Shown here: piece after piece, positions 37,501-52,483 of the stretch
Numbering within the stretch: the stretch's first letter is position 1
Layout: the number at the start of each line of letters is the position of its first letter
Assembly: GCF_040938485.1 (NCBI RefSeq)
Contig: NW_027271495.1
Location: 372,001-436,000, forward strand
Origin: Diadema antillarum
Taxonomy: Eukaryota
Length of the DNA stretch: 64,000 nucleotides
Direction of reading: 5' to 3'
Translations under genes and position numbers: made by a program
Notes under the pieces: generated by a model
What the model was told of the DNA's origin: nothing
Databases searched by the model: none
The model's input: the letters and a program-made list of their open reading frames with translations, nothing else

Positions 37501-39002
37501 ACGAAAAGCGTTGTCTTATTGTTATCACCTAAAGATTTTAAATAGAATGCATACATGTACTGTTTTTGCACACAAGGGACATCATGTAGCAAAACTCTTT
37601 GGCAGATGCCATTCTTCCCCCAAATATCGCAACAAGGGAATCAAAATTGCTGCGCTTAATGTCGCGAGAAGTTGAGAGGAGTAATCAGTTAGATGTCACT
37701 GATTTTAGCATTGTTCACCCGGTTACTGCAGAGTTCATCCCGGCTTAAGTAAAACTTTAAACTTTTTTGGTGACTTTCTTTTGTGGGTTTCCCCACATAT
37801 TCAATATACCACCACTGCAGTATTAAAAGAAATTGGGCAAATATCAAGAAGATAAACATCTTTGAATGGGTGACACAAGGAGTCTTGGCATTTCTGTTCA
37901 AATACGCAAAATATATATGGTAAAGAAAATATAAAAATAAAAGTATAAAAATATGAAAAATATATTAAAAATCATGCATTTTGGGGTTTGGAAAGAGGTG
38001 CGTGACTTCGTGGGTGCAACGGTCAATCTCTGTCGAGGGAAGGGAAAGAACACATTTATTTCAAGTACCACAGTGCAAAGGACATTCAAATCAATACTAC
38101 ATTAATGTAGTGCAACACTGATTAATATAACATAGATACGATTACAAATAGTGCGGTCACATATTAGCACGCGTTACTGTTAAAATGTTAATGATCACAC
38201 ATATTATTTCATTTCTCTACATCATAATCACGTTAGATGTTTCTTTTACTGACGGTAAATTTTCCACTTTTTTATACATTGTACATATGAGATCATGTCA
38301 TTGTCAATTTCTTTTTCGTTTGTCTAATCAATGCAATTCCACATGATGTAGACCAGTGATTAGTTGAATATGAATGATGCACAAAACAACACTGGGTACA
38401 CAAAGTGGCACAGAACACATTTCAGTCTTTATATCAGAAACTTCTACAAGTAATATGCCTTCAATATGCCACATACATCGATATTCAAATATGATATGAC
38501 TATTTTCTAAATCTGAATTGTTGGATTTTTTTATTTGCTTATCTTTAATTTTTGATGAACATAGCAGTACTCAAAATATTGGCTACACACCTTTCCCTCA
38601 CACATCAGCGAATCTTACCCCCAATTTTGGGAGGATCAAAGACTCAGACATATTCAAATCACAGACAAATTAGTTCACAATATTAAACACATTTGTGTAT
38701 CAGTCCTCGAAGAGCAAACTATTATTAAAGTGAGGTGTAAATCACATTATTAGATGAGACAGCACCCTCCTATAACAGGCAGACATAATTAATTGTAAGA
38801 TTGATGCTAATTAGAAGTGACTGGTTAGCTGCCTTGCAAACAAGGCTGTCATCACATTGCAGACCGTTCATCATATTATTACAGAGAGGGCTCCGACGTG
38901 AGTTAAAAAACGACCACTGGAAACTCTGAGGAGGAAGAGGAGGAGGAGGAGGGTGAGAAAACAGAGGGGCTTGTTCAGAGGGAAAGGGGGATATAATCTG
39001 AG

Positions 39003-39245
39003 GAAGAAGGATGTGATTTGGGGTAGACTTGTTAAAGGTAAAGGGGAAGTAATCTATTAGGGAAAAGGATGTGATTTGGGGTAGATTTGTTAAAGGTTGT
39101 AATTCATTAGGGAAAAGGATGTGATTTCGGGTAGATTTGTTAAAGGTAAAAGGGATGTAATTTATTAGGGAAAAGGATGTGATTTGGGGTAGATTTGTGA
39201 AAGGTAAAAGGGATGTAATTTGGGGGAGAAGGATGTGATTTGAGT
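39003..39245. repeat. ~50-58 bp minisatellite, about 4.5 copies
   Basis: GGATGTGATTT recurs at about 39009, 39067, 39117, 39175 and 39231. Confidence 0.85.
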
Positions 39246-41480
39246 GAGATATATGATGATTCGGGGGAGTGAATGCAATTTGGGAAAGTGCATGTGATTC
39301 CAGGAGGGAATGAATTGAGACAAAAGTCTAGAGGGGTATTAAGAAAAAAAAAGAAAAAGAAAAAAAGAAAAGACCCGGGATGATGAGGAGAACAGTTATC
39401 CACGTGGGGAGGAATCATGATGGCACACTTCCTAGAATCATGATCATTACTACAGTCCTTCAACTTCTGGATTGCTTTTAATAATGTACAGCTAGCATAC
39501 ACAGCGACTTCATGCATGTATTAAACTCTGTGTAGCACTGCCTTACTGCAAGGAAAAGTGTCGAGCTTCCTCAGGTCTGCAAACTACATGTAAAGTCATT
39601 AATTTGGATACTGAGTATATCACTGAATCGCTGTGACAGATTACTCATTTTCCTTTGACTTTCTCAAAATACACAATAATCATTTCCTTGCAACAAATGA
39701 ATCATAATACAAATATGAAAACACGACCATGGTCACCTCTTCTTTTGATTTATCAATGCACACTCTTTTCATCAACTGTACAAAACTGTTTTGCAAGATT
39801 GTAAAAAATGCCCATCATGGCAGAATAAGAAAGATCGCCTTTAATTTGTAAATATTTTCTAATTCCTCACACTGGAATTAGCTTATCCTATGATATTAGC
39901 TGCAGAAATCTGTATACACATAAGCTTGAAACCCCCTTCAGTGCATACATTACACACTGCTTCTCTCCATTTACATAGATGCTGGATATGTTCATATCGG
40001 ACAATGCATAGTGACACATCTCAGTCTATCTATAACTGTTAATGACAAAATTAGCAATGAAGATAGGAAGATTTTCAGGCAAGAGAAAAATGGGATCTAG
40101 TCAACAGTATTAATTGTTTATCCTTACAGCTGTCATGAAGCATATAAACTCTATCACACCAACACAGAGGGATATATATTACAATTTATTACTGTTAGAA
40201 TCTACAATTTCAAGTTCAAGCTAATCCTAACAAATCTATGAAAAAAAAAAGAAAAAGAGAAAAACCCTCAAAACAAACATCGCAGTGACAGTGTCACTAA
40301 AATCAGACAAACAATGTGATGATCGCAGAATTTCAAAATTGTTTTTTTTTTAACATATAAAGTCCAAGCCAAATATGCAAATTAGAGAAAGTGATGTCAT
40401 GAACTAACTGTAAGTCTTCCATTCGCATGCACAACAGTTTTAAATACATCTTTTTTAAAGACTGTTTTGACATAAAATTCAAGCAAATAATATCCCCCAC
40501 ACAATGTTATGTTATAGTTGCAAGAATCCAGTGAGAATGACTTTGAAAAGGGGAGCATAGTCACAGCTCCTAAAAAACCCCAAAACAAAACACCCCCCCC
40601 CCCCAGAATATATGCACGAACCAATGACAGTGACCATATGATGCAATCACTGACTTGTCTTATTTGCATATGTGATTGTGACTCATATCATTTTGCTTAA
40701 AACATGGTAAATTCCCAACTCCTTCCTTTGCTTTTCCTTTATTTCTGCCTGGTCAGATTTTTATACCAGCCACAGATATTATGTTTTTAGCTGGTATTGG
40801 TCTGCCTGTTAGTCTGTCAAATGTTGGATTAGCATCTTTATGTCAAAAATCATGAACCAACTTCCTGAATGATTTTATCTATTCATTTGTTTTTTCATTT
40901 AGCTATTTTTGCATGGAATATCAGAATTGGCTCAGGAACAAAATGAAAAATGTTGGTGGTGATCCTGAAAAAATTTGTAAAGGAGTATTTATCATGACAA
41001 GACAGAAAGGCACTACATATGAGTTGCAACATATTGATCTGTAATTCTTCATAAATCTACATCTACATAATTGCATGTAATTGGCATTATTTATGAATCA
41101 CTGCTCCTTGATTCTTCTTCTAAGTTTGAAGAAGATTCAAATTCAGGACTTTGCTTGACCTGTTTAAAGTCACAGAAAGTGGCTTGCAACAGTGAACAGG
41201 TCAAGAACTGAGTGACATTTTTGGGAAAACTTCAAAGAAATTTCTGGAATAAAAGTTTGTTTAAATTTCAGCAGGGAATTTAGTGGCTGACATAGTCATC
41301 AGTTTGACAGTTCATACACAGTGATATGGACAAGTGTTAGTAGCGAAAGGTGTGGTTACAAATTTTCTAAAATGTTCATTGCTAAAGCACTACTCCTTTG
41401 AACACCAGTGGTGAAGCAAAAGCGTATTGTGAACTCCATGGAATTTGTGCTGCATTAAACCGTTATAACTGCTTCTAATA

Positions 41481-42170
41481 TGTGACCCTGCACCTCAAAA
41501 CAAACAAAAAGTCGCCAGACATGAATTTTTAGTTAAGACCATATTCTGAAAGAGCAGACTTTAAGCTTTAAAATGATGTATAAACCAAATCAAATGGACT
41601 CTCCTAACCTATCTAAATATTGGAAAGAAAGCACAAACTCAGGAAAAGTGTAAACTGAGAAAAGAGGCTCTGAAGTACAGTGTCTATTCAAGCGCTTAAT
41701 CTCTACCAAACCGTGCTGGCTGTGTGATGAATGGGACAAAAAACAGGAAGTAAACCACTGGAGTAACAACAATGAAGGGATTATCAGATTAAACTGAAAT
41801 TAAGCATGCCTCATTAACACATTCTGTCCATAATTAATGCCAACTTTCAAAGCAGTAGCACTATCTTTTCAAAAGTTATTAGAGTTGAAAGTGAAGAGTG
41901 TGGACAAGGTTTTTCAGAAATGAAAAAGGGATTCTAAAGACACACCTAATCTCACTATTCTGCCAAAAATGTTGGAGATAAACTGCTAAAAAACACACTT
42001 TTCTTCCCGTTTTATGATACCAAATTTTAGCATGATGTAAAAGAAGACCCTCTCTTTCAGAAAATATGAAAAAGTCAAGTTCGGCTAGGTTGACCCACTT
42101 CACTTATTTTCAGTCCTCACGCAAAATCAGTGTGTGCGACTTTATGTTCGTTTTGAGGTGCACTGTCACA
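41481..42170 (-). mobile_element. 690-bp TA-flanked DNA transposon, copy 2 (inverted relative to copies 1 and 3)
   Basis: Same length and TIRs as 9280-9969. TA flanks. Confidence 0.92.
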
Positions 42171-43265
42171 TATGATTGTCTTTTGCTTCTGATAGGGAGT
42201 GCGCAGGACAGCATTATTCATCTCCGGTATTAGGTGGGGCAAAAAAATCATAGTCACATGCACCGATGAAAGAAACTGAAAGGAAAAAAATAAGAAGATA
42301 TACAGTGTATGTACTAGAATTGAAGGAAGAAGCTGCTCACGCATACTAAAATGCGCTTATACAACTAGAGACGAGAAGAAGACAAAAACACTGCGCAGTG
42401 GAGCAGAAATAAGGAGTGTTTGCTTGAAGAATTATGGAGGCACGATGCCGTCATTGGATAAAAGAAAAATGGATGTGAACCACAGGAGAAACAGACAGCG
42501 AGAGAGAGATGGAGAGAGAGAGAGGGAGAGAGGGAGAGAAGACAATGTGACTTTAAATCTGTTCTCCCACAGGGCGTGCCATGCAAAAACTAACATCTCT
42601 AAAACATTGCCCGGTGCCTCTCCGGAAATATTGCCTTGTTTTCACACAGATATGCCACAGAAGTGAGGTTGGTGTGGTGAAACGCAGACAGCATCCCCCG
42701 GGGGAGAGGAAAGTAACGAAGGAGAGGATTCAACTCCTCTCTCGGAGGAGGTGGAGCCATCTTTGCTTGAATCTTATTTATGTCTCCTTCCTTTTATAGA
42801 TGTTACATTTGGACAGGAAAAGAAGGTAACAAGAAATTATATTAGTTAATCCTACTGACCCAAGAAAAGAAGAGAGAGAGAGAGAGAGAGAGAGACAAGA
42901 AGTCTCTCAAGAGACTATTTGATAGTCGCATACCTATCATAACTGCTGTAGCACGGCCGCCACCTTTGGGGGATGACAATAAATGCAGACATTTATGGCG
43001 TTTATGAAAAAACAAACTTTTGAAAAAGCGATAGGGTCAAGGTGAAATATGAATACATTCATGCAAGCATGGTCATGATAAACGAACATACAGCAAAAAA
43101 AAATTCTTGATACAATGAGCTAAAATGAATGCGAGGTCTACTTTGGGCAAGCACACAATGTATTTTGAGCAGAAGTACTGTACAGCACGTGAGAGCTTGC
43201 TGAAAGAGAGTTTGAACAGCTAAAGCAAATCCGGCACTATATGTTCCTTTGCCTTTAAATACCTG

Positions 43266-43405
43266 AGGGGCATTTCATGAAGCATTTTGTCAGATATCTT
43301 TTTTCTGACGAACTGTTAGAGCATACTGAAATCCTTGCATCTGATCAGCGGAGAGCAAATTTGTTTGACATATTTGTCGGACAAAATGCTTCATGAAATG
43401 CCCCC
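43266..43405. mobile_element. PIF/Harbinger-type MITE
   Basis: TIRs (A/G)GGGGCATTTCATGAAGCATTTTGTC, 3-bp duplication CTG. Confidence 0.88.
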
Positions 43406-46400
43406 CTGATCGCTATTACATAAGTTCCTTTGCCTTTAAAAACCTGATCTAGACTGCATGCCATATAGGATTTCACTTGCAGTTACTGCTTGATTCCACT
43501 TGACTGTCCCTAATTGTAAGCTGAGGATTACTACAAATCATATCATCCTAAATCAACACCTGATCATGCATTAAACAGATACCGAGTCAAATATAACTCC
43601 ATTACCACGATTGTATACACTGAATATATTACACGTTTGTACATACAGATAGATACGTACACATACATGTATCATGAGGTAATGCATTTGCATATCAATG
43701 TCAGTAGTAAGAGATGTACATGTATTTCAGAGACAAGCAAGGTTATTGCCAAAAATCAAAAGTACAGTACATGGACACAACCTTGAAGTCGGCATTGTAA
43801 AAAGCCACTTTGTGGAAATAAGATGGTACATTACTTTTACAACTAGAGTCATATATTCATTACATCAAAAAGACATTCATACTGCAATGGCACAATACCA
43901 TGCACCCCCCCAAAAAAAAAAGAAAAAGAAAAGAAAAAGAAAACGAAAAGAAAAAGAAAGAAGAAACAATAAAACATGTTTGTCATTCATAGATAAAATG
44001 ATGCGCCCTCAATCACTGGCCATACTGCAGTACTTTTTTCACTAAGATTATGCTGCATGAATAAAACAAGCAAGCACATTAAGTGATTCCCTCACAACAG
44101 TTCACACTTGGATCTACTCTGCTGAGATGGTCCACATGGGGATACTTATTGATGGAGCTTGTAATACCGACGCTTGCTCCTGATCTGCGGCTACTGGTAT
44201 GCGAGAGTCAGTCGGCCAATCCCATCTAGGGTAAAGCAATGCGGGATCTGCTGAAGGTGCCAATTGGGAGGTATATACTCTGGATACAAGATTAGTGGGA
44301 TGAATATGGATGCTTTAAAAAACATATGTCGTGGATAACAAAATGGAGCTGCACAGGCACGCCGTCGCCTGAGTGCTGTTGACAACAATTGGGTGGAGTC
44401 AAACCACTTATGGATGATTGAGTGAGGGCACAGTTTTGACAACAGGATTATAAAGGAATTGCTACAGTTGTAAGATCCCAACTGATTCATTCAAGCGTAA
44501 TTGCTATGTGGTTGACAAGATATCTAGATGGCCACAACAGGTTTATATTGTACAGTCTTTTTTTTTGTGGTACATCACACAGTTCTTATGATGTCAGCAT
44601 TTCCCTATTGTGTCGTTGATTTTTAATAGTTGTATGGTAAAACTGCTGATAAAAGTGCATTTTTGTAAACTGGCTTCACTAGAGGAAATTTACATTCTAT
44701 ATCAAAGTCTGCATTTTTTTTTTGAAGCCATGCTAAAAAACAAGGAGTAAAATCTTTGCACAGCTTTTTAGTTCTTTAATTGCGATCTTTGCAACTGATG
44801 CTAATTCTATAGCTCACAGGAAATGAGGTTGTATATCTTGCAAGCAAAGAAAAAGAAGAAGAAGAAAAGAAAGAGAGAAATAATCACAGAGGATTTAAAC
44901 CTGCCTTTGGGAAAAGTAATTTGGATGAGATATTCACCAAATTGAGGCATTGCTTTGGAAAAGGCCGAAGCTTTGTATCTTCAAACTCAATCCTTCTTTT
45001 CTTTAATCAGTATTCTTGCATACTGATATTTTTCCTTTTTCTTCTGTTCTTGCCTGGCATAGATATGCTACGAGGGAATTCTGGTGTGGGAGGCTGAAAA
45101 TGGAAATTTTGGTTATTTTTGTGGAATTGAGTATTTTTGTGATGGTTGTGTGGTTCTTGGTTTTCAGTTTTATTTGTGGCAAGTTTTTTCTTCTTCTTTT
45201 TTTGTAATAAGGCAACTGCTCTCCAACTTCATGAGCTCAATTACAACACACATTTGGCCCATCTGAATTATGCAGCATTAACCTTGTATGATCAAAAACT
45301 CACACAGCTCCAAAATACTGACAAGTCATGTGATATTGCAAGTGAAATTGAAGCAGTGGTAGGCGAGTGAATACGTGTAGATGATGGTGAGTGCCATGTA
45401 CCTCCTATGGTGCGGTCGTGGCAGTAGTTTTATCGGCAATGTGAATAGCACCTAATGCCGCTTTTTGTCAGTGAAGGAAACTCTTGTATGTCTGATCACA
45501 TCGATCTAATGACTTTGTTGGAAATCTCATAGATGCACAGACCTGAACTGCACTTAAGTGAGGGTTAGAAATAGCTTTTGCAGATTATGAAAATCACAGC
45601 GTGCTGGGCATAATACTCATCCATGGCTGGATGGTAACGGTGTGAATTTTAACAGTGGATCTATCCTTCATGAGGTGATAAGGTGTGAAGAAACAAGCTC
45701 TGCCGAAACAAATTGACAGAATAAGTAGACAAAATGAGTATAATGGCAAAATGTGCAGTAGTTGAGACAGGCAACAAAATAAAAAAAAAGAACATAAATG
45801 AAAGTACAAACAGAACAAAAGTGCAGAGCTATGAAATGCTGGATTGCTGTGGAAGTGCTGGAAGCCAATTTACTATCAATACTTGACAGCTACGAAATGA
45901 GAAAAATGAAAGGTACAGCTATATCCTACCAGTTAATGACATTTTAAAGCCAGCTACACAGGATAAAGGGAGGAAGCAAAACAAAATGACAAAAAATGAA
46001 TAAGAACTTGCACTTGACTTCATGCACGGAGAAATCTGGAAAAGAAAGGTGTACATGCATAGTTACCAAGATTAGTGCTGAGATTCTTGGATGGAAATTT
46101 GCTTGACCAAACAGGAGATTTTTATTTCTTATCTTTTATTCATTTGCAAGCATTAGTGCATATACACTGTAAAAGCACTTGCAACCATATACGTGTATGA
46201 TAAGCCTTGTTGGAAGATTTATTAACTGTTATAAAACCAAAAGTTTTAAAGACAATGATAAGTAAAACACATTGAACAAAATGAAAGAAATGTGCCTCAT
46301 CTAATTTTCCTGTAGCTAAGAAGCGTAACGACGACTTTTAAGATTTTTTCTTTCAGTGGGTGTGATATCTAAAAGCATAAATGGACAAATATCATGCATT

Positions 46401-46899
46401 GCGAAAAGGCAACAAATCTGAATGCTCCTTTTTCACGTGAGGGCGTGAAAGAGAATGGTGCACTAACCTATATCTCTCTCTTTCTGTCAACGCTTTCTAT
46501 ACAATAATAATTCTAAAAACAGATAGCTGTCAGTCTCACAACAAAACCAGTTCACACAAAGCCCTGTATGATCCACAGTCACTGGGTGCCACTACTATCT
46601 CACTGGCTGTTTGCAGAGCTGAGGGATATTTTAGATTGACATACCACAGTAACCCTCCCCTCCCCCTAAAAGAAATAATAAGATAAATATAAATAAAAAA
46701 TAATAAAAGGGCAAATGCCAAAAATGTGAAAAGGCTGCCTTAGATTGTCAGTAGGCCTATATATCACATTGTCTCATCAAACTGCTTTGACACTAAAAAT
46801 CATGAGGACTGGCTAGAGTTCTGAAATATTTGAAATTGGGAAGCTTATTGATGTGTGAATTGGAATTTGTTATCACCTACAGTAGTATACAATTCAATT

Positions 46900-47300
46900 A
46901 GCACATTTACAAGTCTGTTTTGTAGCACCCATACAAATTTACCAAGAAGCTTGGCCTGATGTGGTTTTTCAAATAAACAAATTTATGTAAAGTTGTCTGC
47001 TCTACTCGGTCATTACAGTGGGGAAATCTACTTGCAAGCATTTGCAATGGAAGTTTGAGACGGTAGGTCTGAGAGAATGAAACCCAAATAAACATGCAGA
47101 CTGAGTGAACGCAGCAACATTAATACTAGAACACATCAGCGAAGTTTCATGGAAGTCAGATGATCAGTTGAAAAGTTATGAATTCTTAAAGTTTTTGTGC
47201 AGACTACCTTGTTCTATAGTTCATGACGTCACATACTGTATGTGCCACGATATAGAGAAAATGCAAAGAGAATTCCTCTTTTTTCTTTTCTTTTTTTTTT
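46900..47300. mobile_element. Kolobok-like repeat fragment (family also at ~47900-48140 and ~61200-61390)
   Basis: Shared GCACCAAAA.TTTAA.AATTCATAACT block (inverted here). Related copies end in CACTTTAA or CACCTTTAA. Confidence 0.5.
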
Positions 47301-47342
47301 GAAAAGTACACATTCCCTTGTTTTCTTCCTGACATATGTTAA

Positions 47343-47845
47343 GGGTAAGGCCCCCCCCCCCAAAAAAAAATATATATATATGTTGTATTGGCGTAACATG
47401 AGATTTTCAAATAGGGTCGGGCGGGCGGATTTTTTTTTTTTTTTTTTTTTGCTACCTGTATTTTAAGTGTAAAACTCATATTTAACAAAACCCCATTCGA
47501 TAGAGAGGGTCTGTTGCATCCAAAGTTTGTTATATCACTGGTTTAAAAGCCGTCACGACATACCGGTCAAAATACGAACGAACAAATTCCTGGGCTAAAT
47601 CACCCAGCGCCACAGACAAATCGATTCTCCGAATAATATTAAATAAAATCTTCGAACCGGACTTGCCGGTCGCCGACACGCTGTACTGCGTGGCCATTTT
47701 CCGACACCAGCTGTTGTTGTTTTTGATAATTCGCAAACCTGTATCGCGCCCTCTCTCGTTAAAAACGATGTATTTCCTCTTTTTTTTTCTGAAAAGTTCA
47801 CGGTCGGGCGGGTTAAGCCAATACAACGATTTTTTTTTTTGTGCC
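47343..47845. mobile_element. CpG-rich TIR element (Kolobok-like)
   Basis: Imperfect TIRs TAAGGC..AAAAAA..GTTGTATTGGC(G/T)TAAC at both ends, with GGTCGGGCGGG sub-terminal motifs. Confidence 0.6.
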
Positions 47846-48142
47846 TAATATTATTCCCCCCGCTTTCTGAGACAGGTAAGTCAAGTGCTCTTTCATTATG
47901 CCAGAAAAAGTGAGCGCTTGTTCAACTTCTTTATATTTTCTTTACAGTCTGTGTATCAGCCATACTTGAAGTGTTGTGGTCTTCTCACTAAGCGATAGTT
48001 GCACCAAAATTTAAAGAATTCATAACTTCTGAACGAATTGTCTGATTTTCCTTTGATAAACTCTGCCGATGAGTTCTACTAATATTGCTGCATTCAATCT
48101 CTTTAAAGAAGTAGATATGTGAAAGCTAGAATGGCACTTTAA

Positions 48143-48227
48143 CCCGTTGAGGACGAGTCCCGAGTATTCTCGGGCAGGTGTCTATGAAAAATGTGTGTTG
48201 TAGCAAAATCAGTCCGTCCTCAATGGG
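48143..48227 (+). mobile_element. 85-bp piggyBac-type MITE, copy 6
   Basis: TTAA flanks. Inserted at the TTAA end of another repeat. Confidence 0.88.
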
Positions 48228-51200
48228 TTAAGAGTCTTGCTATAAAGATAGAGTGCTTTTTTTTAAAAACAATTTCTCCACCATGATTTCATTTTTTTCT
48301 TCAGACATACAAAGTGCAGTACAGCTAAAGAGAGACTAATGAAGAAAGAAATGAAAAGGTTTTACAGAAGTGAAAACAGAAAAGTGTGGTGCATTTCTTG
48401 CAACTGTTATAAGATATTCATCTTCGGTGTATTCAGTAATATTAAATAGGAATAAAAAGAATGTCACCCTAGCTCGGCGAGTATTCTGTTTACCACCGTA
48501 ATGTCTTGTGACAAAAAAAAAAAAATAATGATTTTCAGTAGCTTGCCAAATTATGAGATCTAATAATGAATAGAAGATTTTCATGATAATGATATTATGC
48601 TTAAAGGCAATGTTTAGTACTTTTGTCTTGCATCATAAGGTCCCTGACAGGAATATTCAGCCATGTTACATTACTGTATACCTCACAGATTCTGTGAAAT
48701 GCACATACAGTCAAACCTGTCAAAAGTAGCCACCCATGGGAAACAACACAAGTGGCCACTATAGACAGGTAGGGGGCTATTTTGAATTTCAACACTTGCA
48801 TTGTATAATAGCATTTAAAACTGCATGCTATTCTTTTAAAAAAAAAATAATAATAATAATTTTTCCACGAGCAGCTAAAATATGGGGATTTTTTTTCCCT
48901 TTACCACTTGTAACTTCATTTTAAGTTTTCTAATAGCCTTCTTTCTGTTTGCTTCTTGTTGTTGTTTTTTCTTTAATAGGTTTTGGCGGAATTTATGCAA
49001 CGAACATAAAAGCTAGTGTATTCACGGCTGATAAGACAGGTTTGACTCTATGTGTATGACAAGAATATAATGTGGTCAATATTACCAAGAATTACAATTT
49101 CAAGGAAAACAGTGAAAAAAAGGAAGAAAAAGGTCTTTTTCTTATATAACTTAACACTATACTCAAAGCATACAGAAATTTGTGTACATTGAACTCATAG
49201 GCTATTACAAAACAGACAAACTATATCTGGTACCCTGTTGAAGCATGAACACATTACATTGTTTGGTCAATCGCTAACTCACATAATTGTGAATATTACA
49301 GTTAAACAAATTCTTCATCTAGAATGTTTGAATTACTTTGATGAAAACACGAACTAGATCAAACAAATCAATTCTTATATTTGGAATGAGATGTCAATAT
49401 ATAAACAAATTCAAACAAACTTCACACTATCCATAATGCGATTGAAAAGACATCACCACAGGTTCATAGACATATTATCCAGACACATTTCCTTCCCACA
49501 TGAAATTTGACAGATATTGGATGATGTAATAATATCATACAAGATGGGACATCAATGTACGAATGTTCCTCATAACAACCAAAAAATACAATTACTTCAC
49601 AAAATATACAACAAAAAGTAATATCAGCAAATACAGACACTCTACACAATACACTTAAGATTTAGATTTAAAACATTTATGTCAAACCAGTAAGATCTTT
49701 GATAACAAATCCACCTGCTTGGCAAAAGCAAAAATGGGTCTATTTAAAAAACAAAGTATTTACAAGCAAGACATATTATCCAAATGTCAAGACATTTAAG
49801 GTATTAAAAATGGTTGCACAAAGGATTCTCTTGATCCAAGAGTGGATTGGAAGCAATTGAGATTTATACACACTTAGAAGCTCTTACCAATGACAAGTGT
49901 GTAAAATATAAAATGTACAATAATTCTGTCTGGGGAAAACTCAACATGACAAGCATGCTATGCATCTAAATGTTACTTTATGAATATTCAAAACAGAAGT
50001 TAAAAACCGCATGTCGCACACATTCTTTAAGGTCACGCTGGCAGCATGCAAAGAACACATCACAATCGTTTTATGGTGATTTTCTTAACTTCTGGAGCAG
50101 GTCATGTGACATGGTTTGGCTAATCTCCTGACTAGATGAGGCAAAATGCATAATTTTGCTGGCAGAAATTCATAAGCTTTCTCTGCAAGGGGAAAAAAGC
50201 ACATCATTTTTGCCCAATTCACAGTATTTGTAAGGCAAAAATTGCGCAAGATGAGCAGCTAAAACGAAGGAAAAGAAATGGTAGTAAAATGTTAAATAAC
50301 ATAATCCTCAAAACAAATTCCAGTAGAGCAACATACTGTCTAAACAACTCATGCAAAACTTCAAAAAAAAAAAATAACAGCAATGCATTGTGTTGAAAAA
50401 TTAAACCCGACAAAAACAATGCATTGTCTAACAGATATATTGCGTCACTGTCATATTGCAAACAGCAGATTACATACTGTGCTCCAAAAAGGAAGACAAT
50501 AGAAGCCGAACCTAGGTCAAACCTGCTTGCAATGGCCACCTCCGTCAAATGACACCAGTAACAAATTGCTACATGCATAATCATTGAGGATGAGTTAAAT
50601 TTGAGATTTTTATGTCACTGGCACGTTGCCATCTCCGAAGGCAGCACAAGATTCAGTGTTTCCCACAGTCGCTATAGATGCGACAGCCATACACAAGTAC
50701 ACTGCGTGCGTGGGAACTAGAAAGGAACTAAATGCAAATGGAAAACTTTCTGTAAATCCTACTTCAGACATTCTCTGAGCTGTTTGCATGATTGCAAATG
50801 TCTTGATGTGTAACACCCCTTCTGGCACAAATGATTGCTATCATTTTTAATGTTTACACAACTTTGCATTTCCAAATAGTGGCTGCTACACCTGTAAGAA
50901 TCGAAAATGGCTATCACCAACTGCCCCCTTTTTTGTTTTCATTTGAAATGAATATAGCAAAGCTCGCACTGCCATTTTCTTTTCCCAGAATAATTCCTGA
51001 TTGAACGGACAGAATAACTAAATAGCCACGTAATAAACAACAAAACTGAGACATGTTGTATTGTAGAAGGCACTTTGAAGAACCACAAGATTAATTTCAG
51101 CATCCCCCTTGCTCTGAGGCATGATCGCGTCTCAAGAATCTTTGACCGAGAACCAAAGTGACATTCTACGGAGGAGATTAGGATTTTCCCCTTTTCTCTC

Positions 51201-51579
51201 CACGTTCGCCGCCTCATGCATTATCCGAAAGCCATTAATATGTGCTTTAATATATTATTACATGCCTAGAAGCTGTCCCCGTGAAATAAAAATGAGCCCC
51301 AGCTCAACCCTCCATAAGCTTTCAGATTTGGTGGAGCAAGTCCATCAGATAATATCACTTCTTAATGTGGGCATTTGTCGGGAGCTTCTCCCTCATAAAG
51401 TCTGTCAAAGTAGCATCGTACTCATTGTTATAGTTCCCGTGGGTGGACAGACGATAAGGGGACTCCCACTAAAGCAGAAATGCCTGTGTGATGCAAATAA
51501 AAGCTTTTAAAAACTTTCCTCACTTTAAGATCAAACCTTTGCAGCAATACAAAGTTTTTTAACAAAAGTTGTATTTTAC

Positions 51580-51646
51580 CTTTCTTCCATTTGTCATCCT
51601 TCTTCGTTCCTCCTTTCTGTGTCTCCTCTTTCTCTTTCTTGCTATC
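51580..51646 (-). CDS. LRRC71: Probable LRRC71-like exon DSKKEKEETQKGGTKKDDKWKK
   Basis: T-run plus AATAG| acceptor, AAG|GTAAAA donor. Phase 0 to 1 is what the 30723 exon needs. K/E-rich like the LRRC71 linker. Implies a 20.9 kb intron. Confidence 0.6.
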
Positions 51647-52428
51647 CTATTTCATCGGAAAGGAAAAAAAAAATAAAGGAAAACAAATGCAAGTATAAGA
51701 CTTTTAACCTTATAACAAGCCATTCAATGAGGAGCAATGACTAGCAATTACACTTTGCATCATGAATTTTGTCATCATTTGGTGCACTTTACAAGCTTGG
51801 AAATTGCAACACCCACTTTCATTCCCTTGCCGATTGGATGCCTTTCACTAGATAATGGCTGTTTCCGTAATGCCAGCTCGCAGATACTAGGATTACGCAT
51901 GTGATATGTCATCTTTCATGATGCTGTTAGATTGTCAGATCAGTATGAGAAAGCCAGGTCTTTTTTGTTTTTTCATTTGATTTTCTTAGAGAATTTCATA
52001 TAATTGATGAAAATAGCAAAAAAAAAAAAACACCTATAAAAAAAACTTCATATAAAAGTTCTGTTTGCTTGTTTTGTTTTTTTCTAAATGAAAGAAAGTT
52101 TTTCTGGGAAATATCACCACCAGACGAGGGCAGATGGCGGGCAGTGACCGTCATCTCAGGCAGATATGAACTCTCTCTCTCTCTCTCTCTCACGCTCTAT
52201 CCAGCTGTGTATGGTATTCCTTTCATATGGATATATTCTCAAGTGGACACTGAATACTTGCAATATCTTTACCACTCCAAGCAATGGACAACCATCACCA
52301 ACAAAAAGCAGTTTGGAACAGCCAGGAAATGGTCCTAACATGTCAACGAAACACATGTTTGAACCGTTTAAAAAAATTATCAAATTTCTCCAAGTTCTTG
52401 GTCCAAAAATATATCATTATATTTTTGA

Positions 52429-52433
<5 letters not shown>

Positions 52434-52480
<47 letters not shown>
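52434..52480. repeat. (TC)n microsatellite
   Basis: Direct inspection. Confidence 0.97.

Positions 52481-52483
<3 letters not shown>

Noticed and set aside
44100-44490. GC-richer segment with a 99-aa minus ORF
   Set aside because: Stops in the other frames, no motif, no convincing splice sites.
47564-47697. Kozak-like ATG (AAAATGGCC) ORF with a GTATGT donor, as a possible LRRC71 first exon or CpG promoter
   Set aside because: Lies inside a TIR-bounded repeat (47343-47845) and has no resemblance to LRRC71.
47850-47882. Plus-strand CAG|GTAAGT after a pyrimidine run
   Set aside because: Antisense to the only supported gene here, with no partner exons found. Could be chance or a TE-driven cryptic donor.
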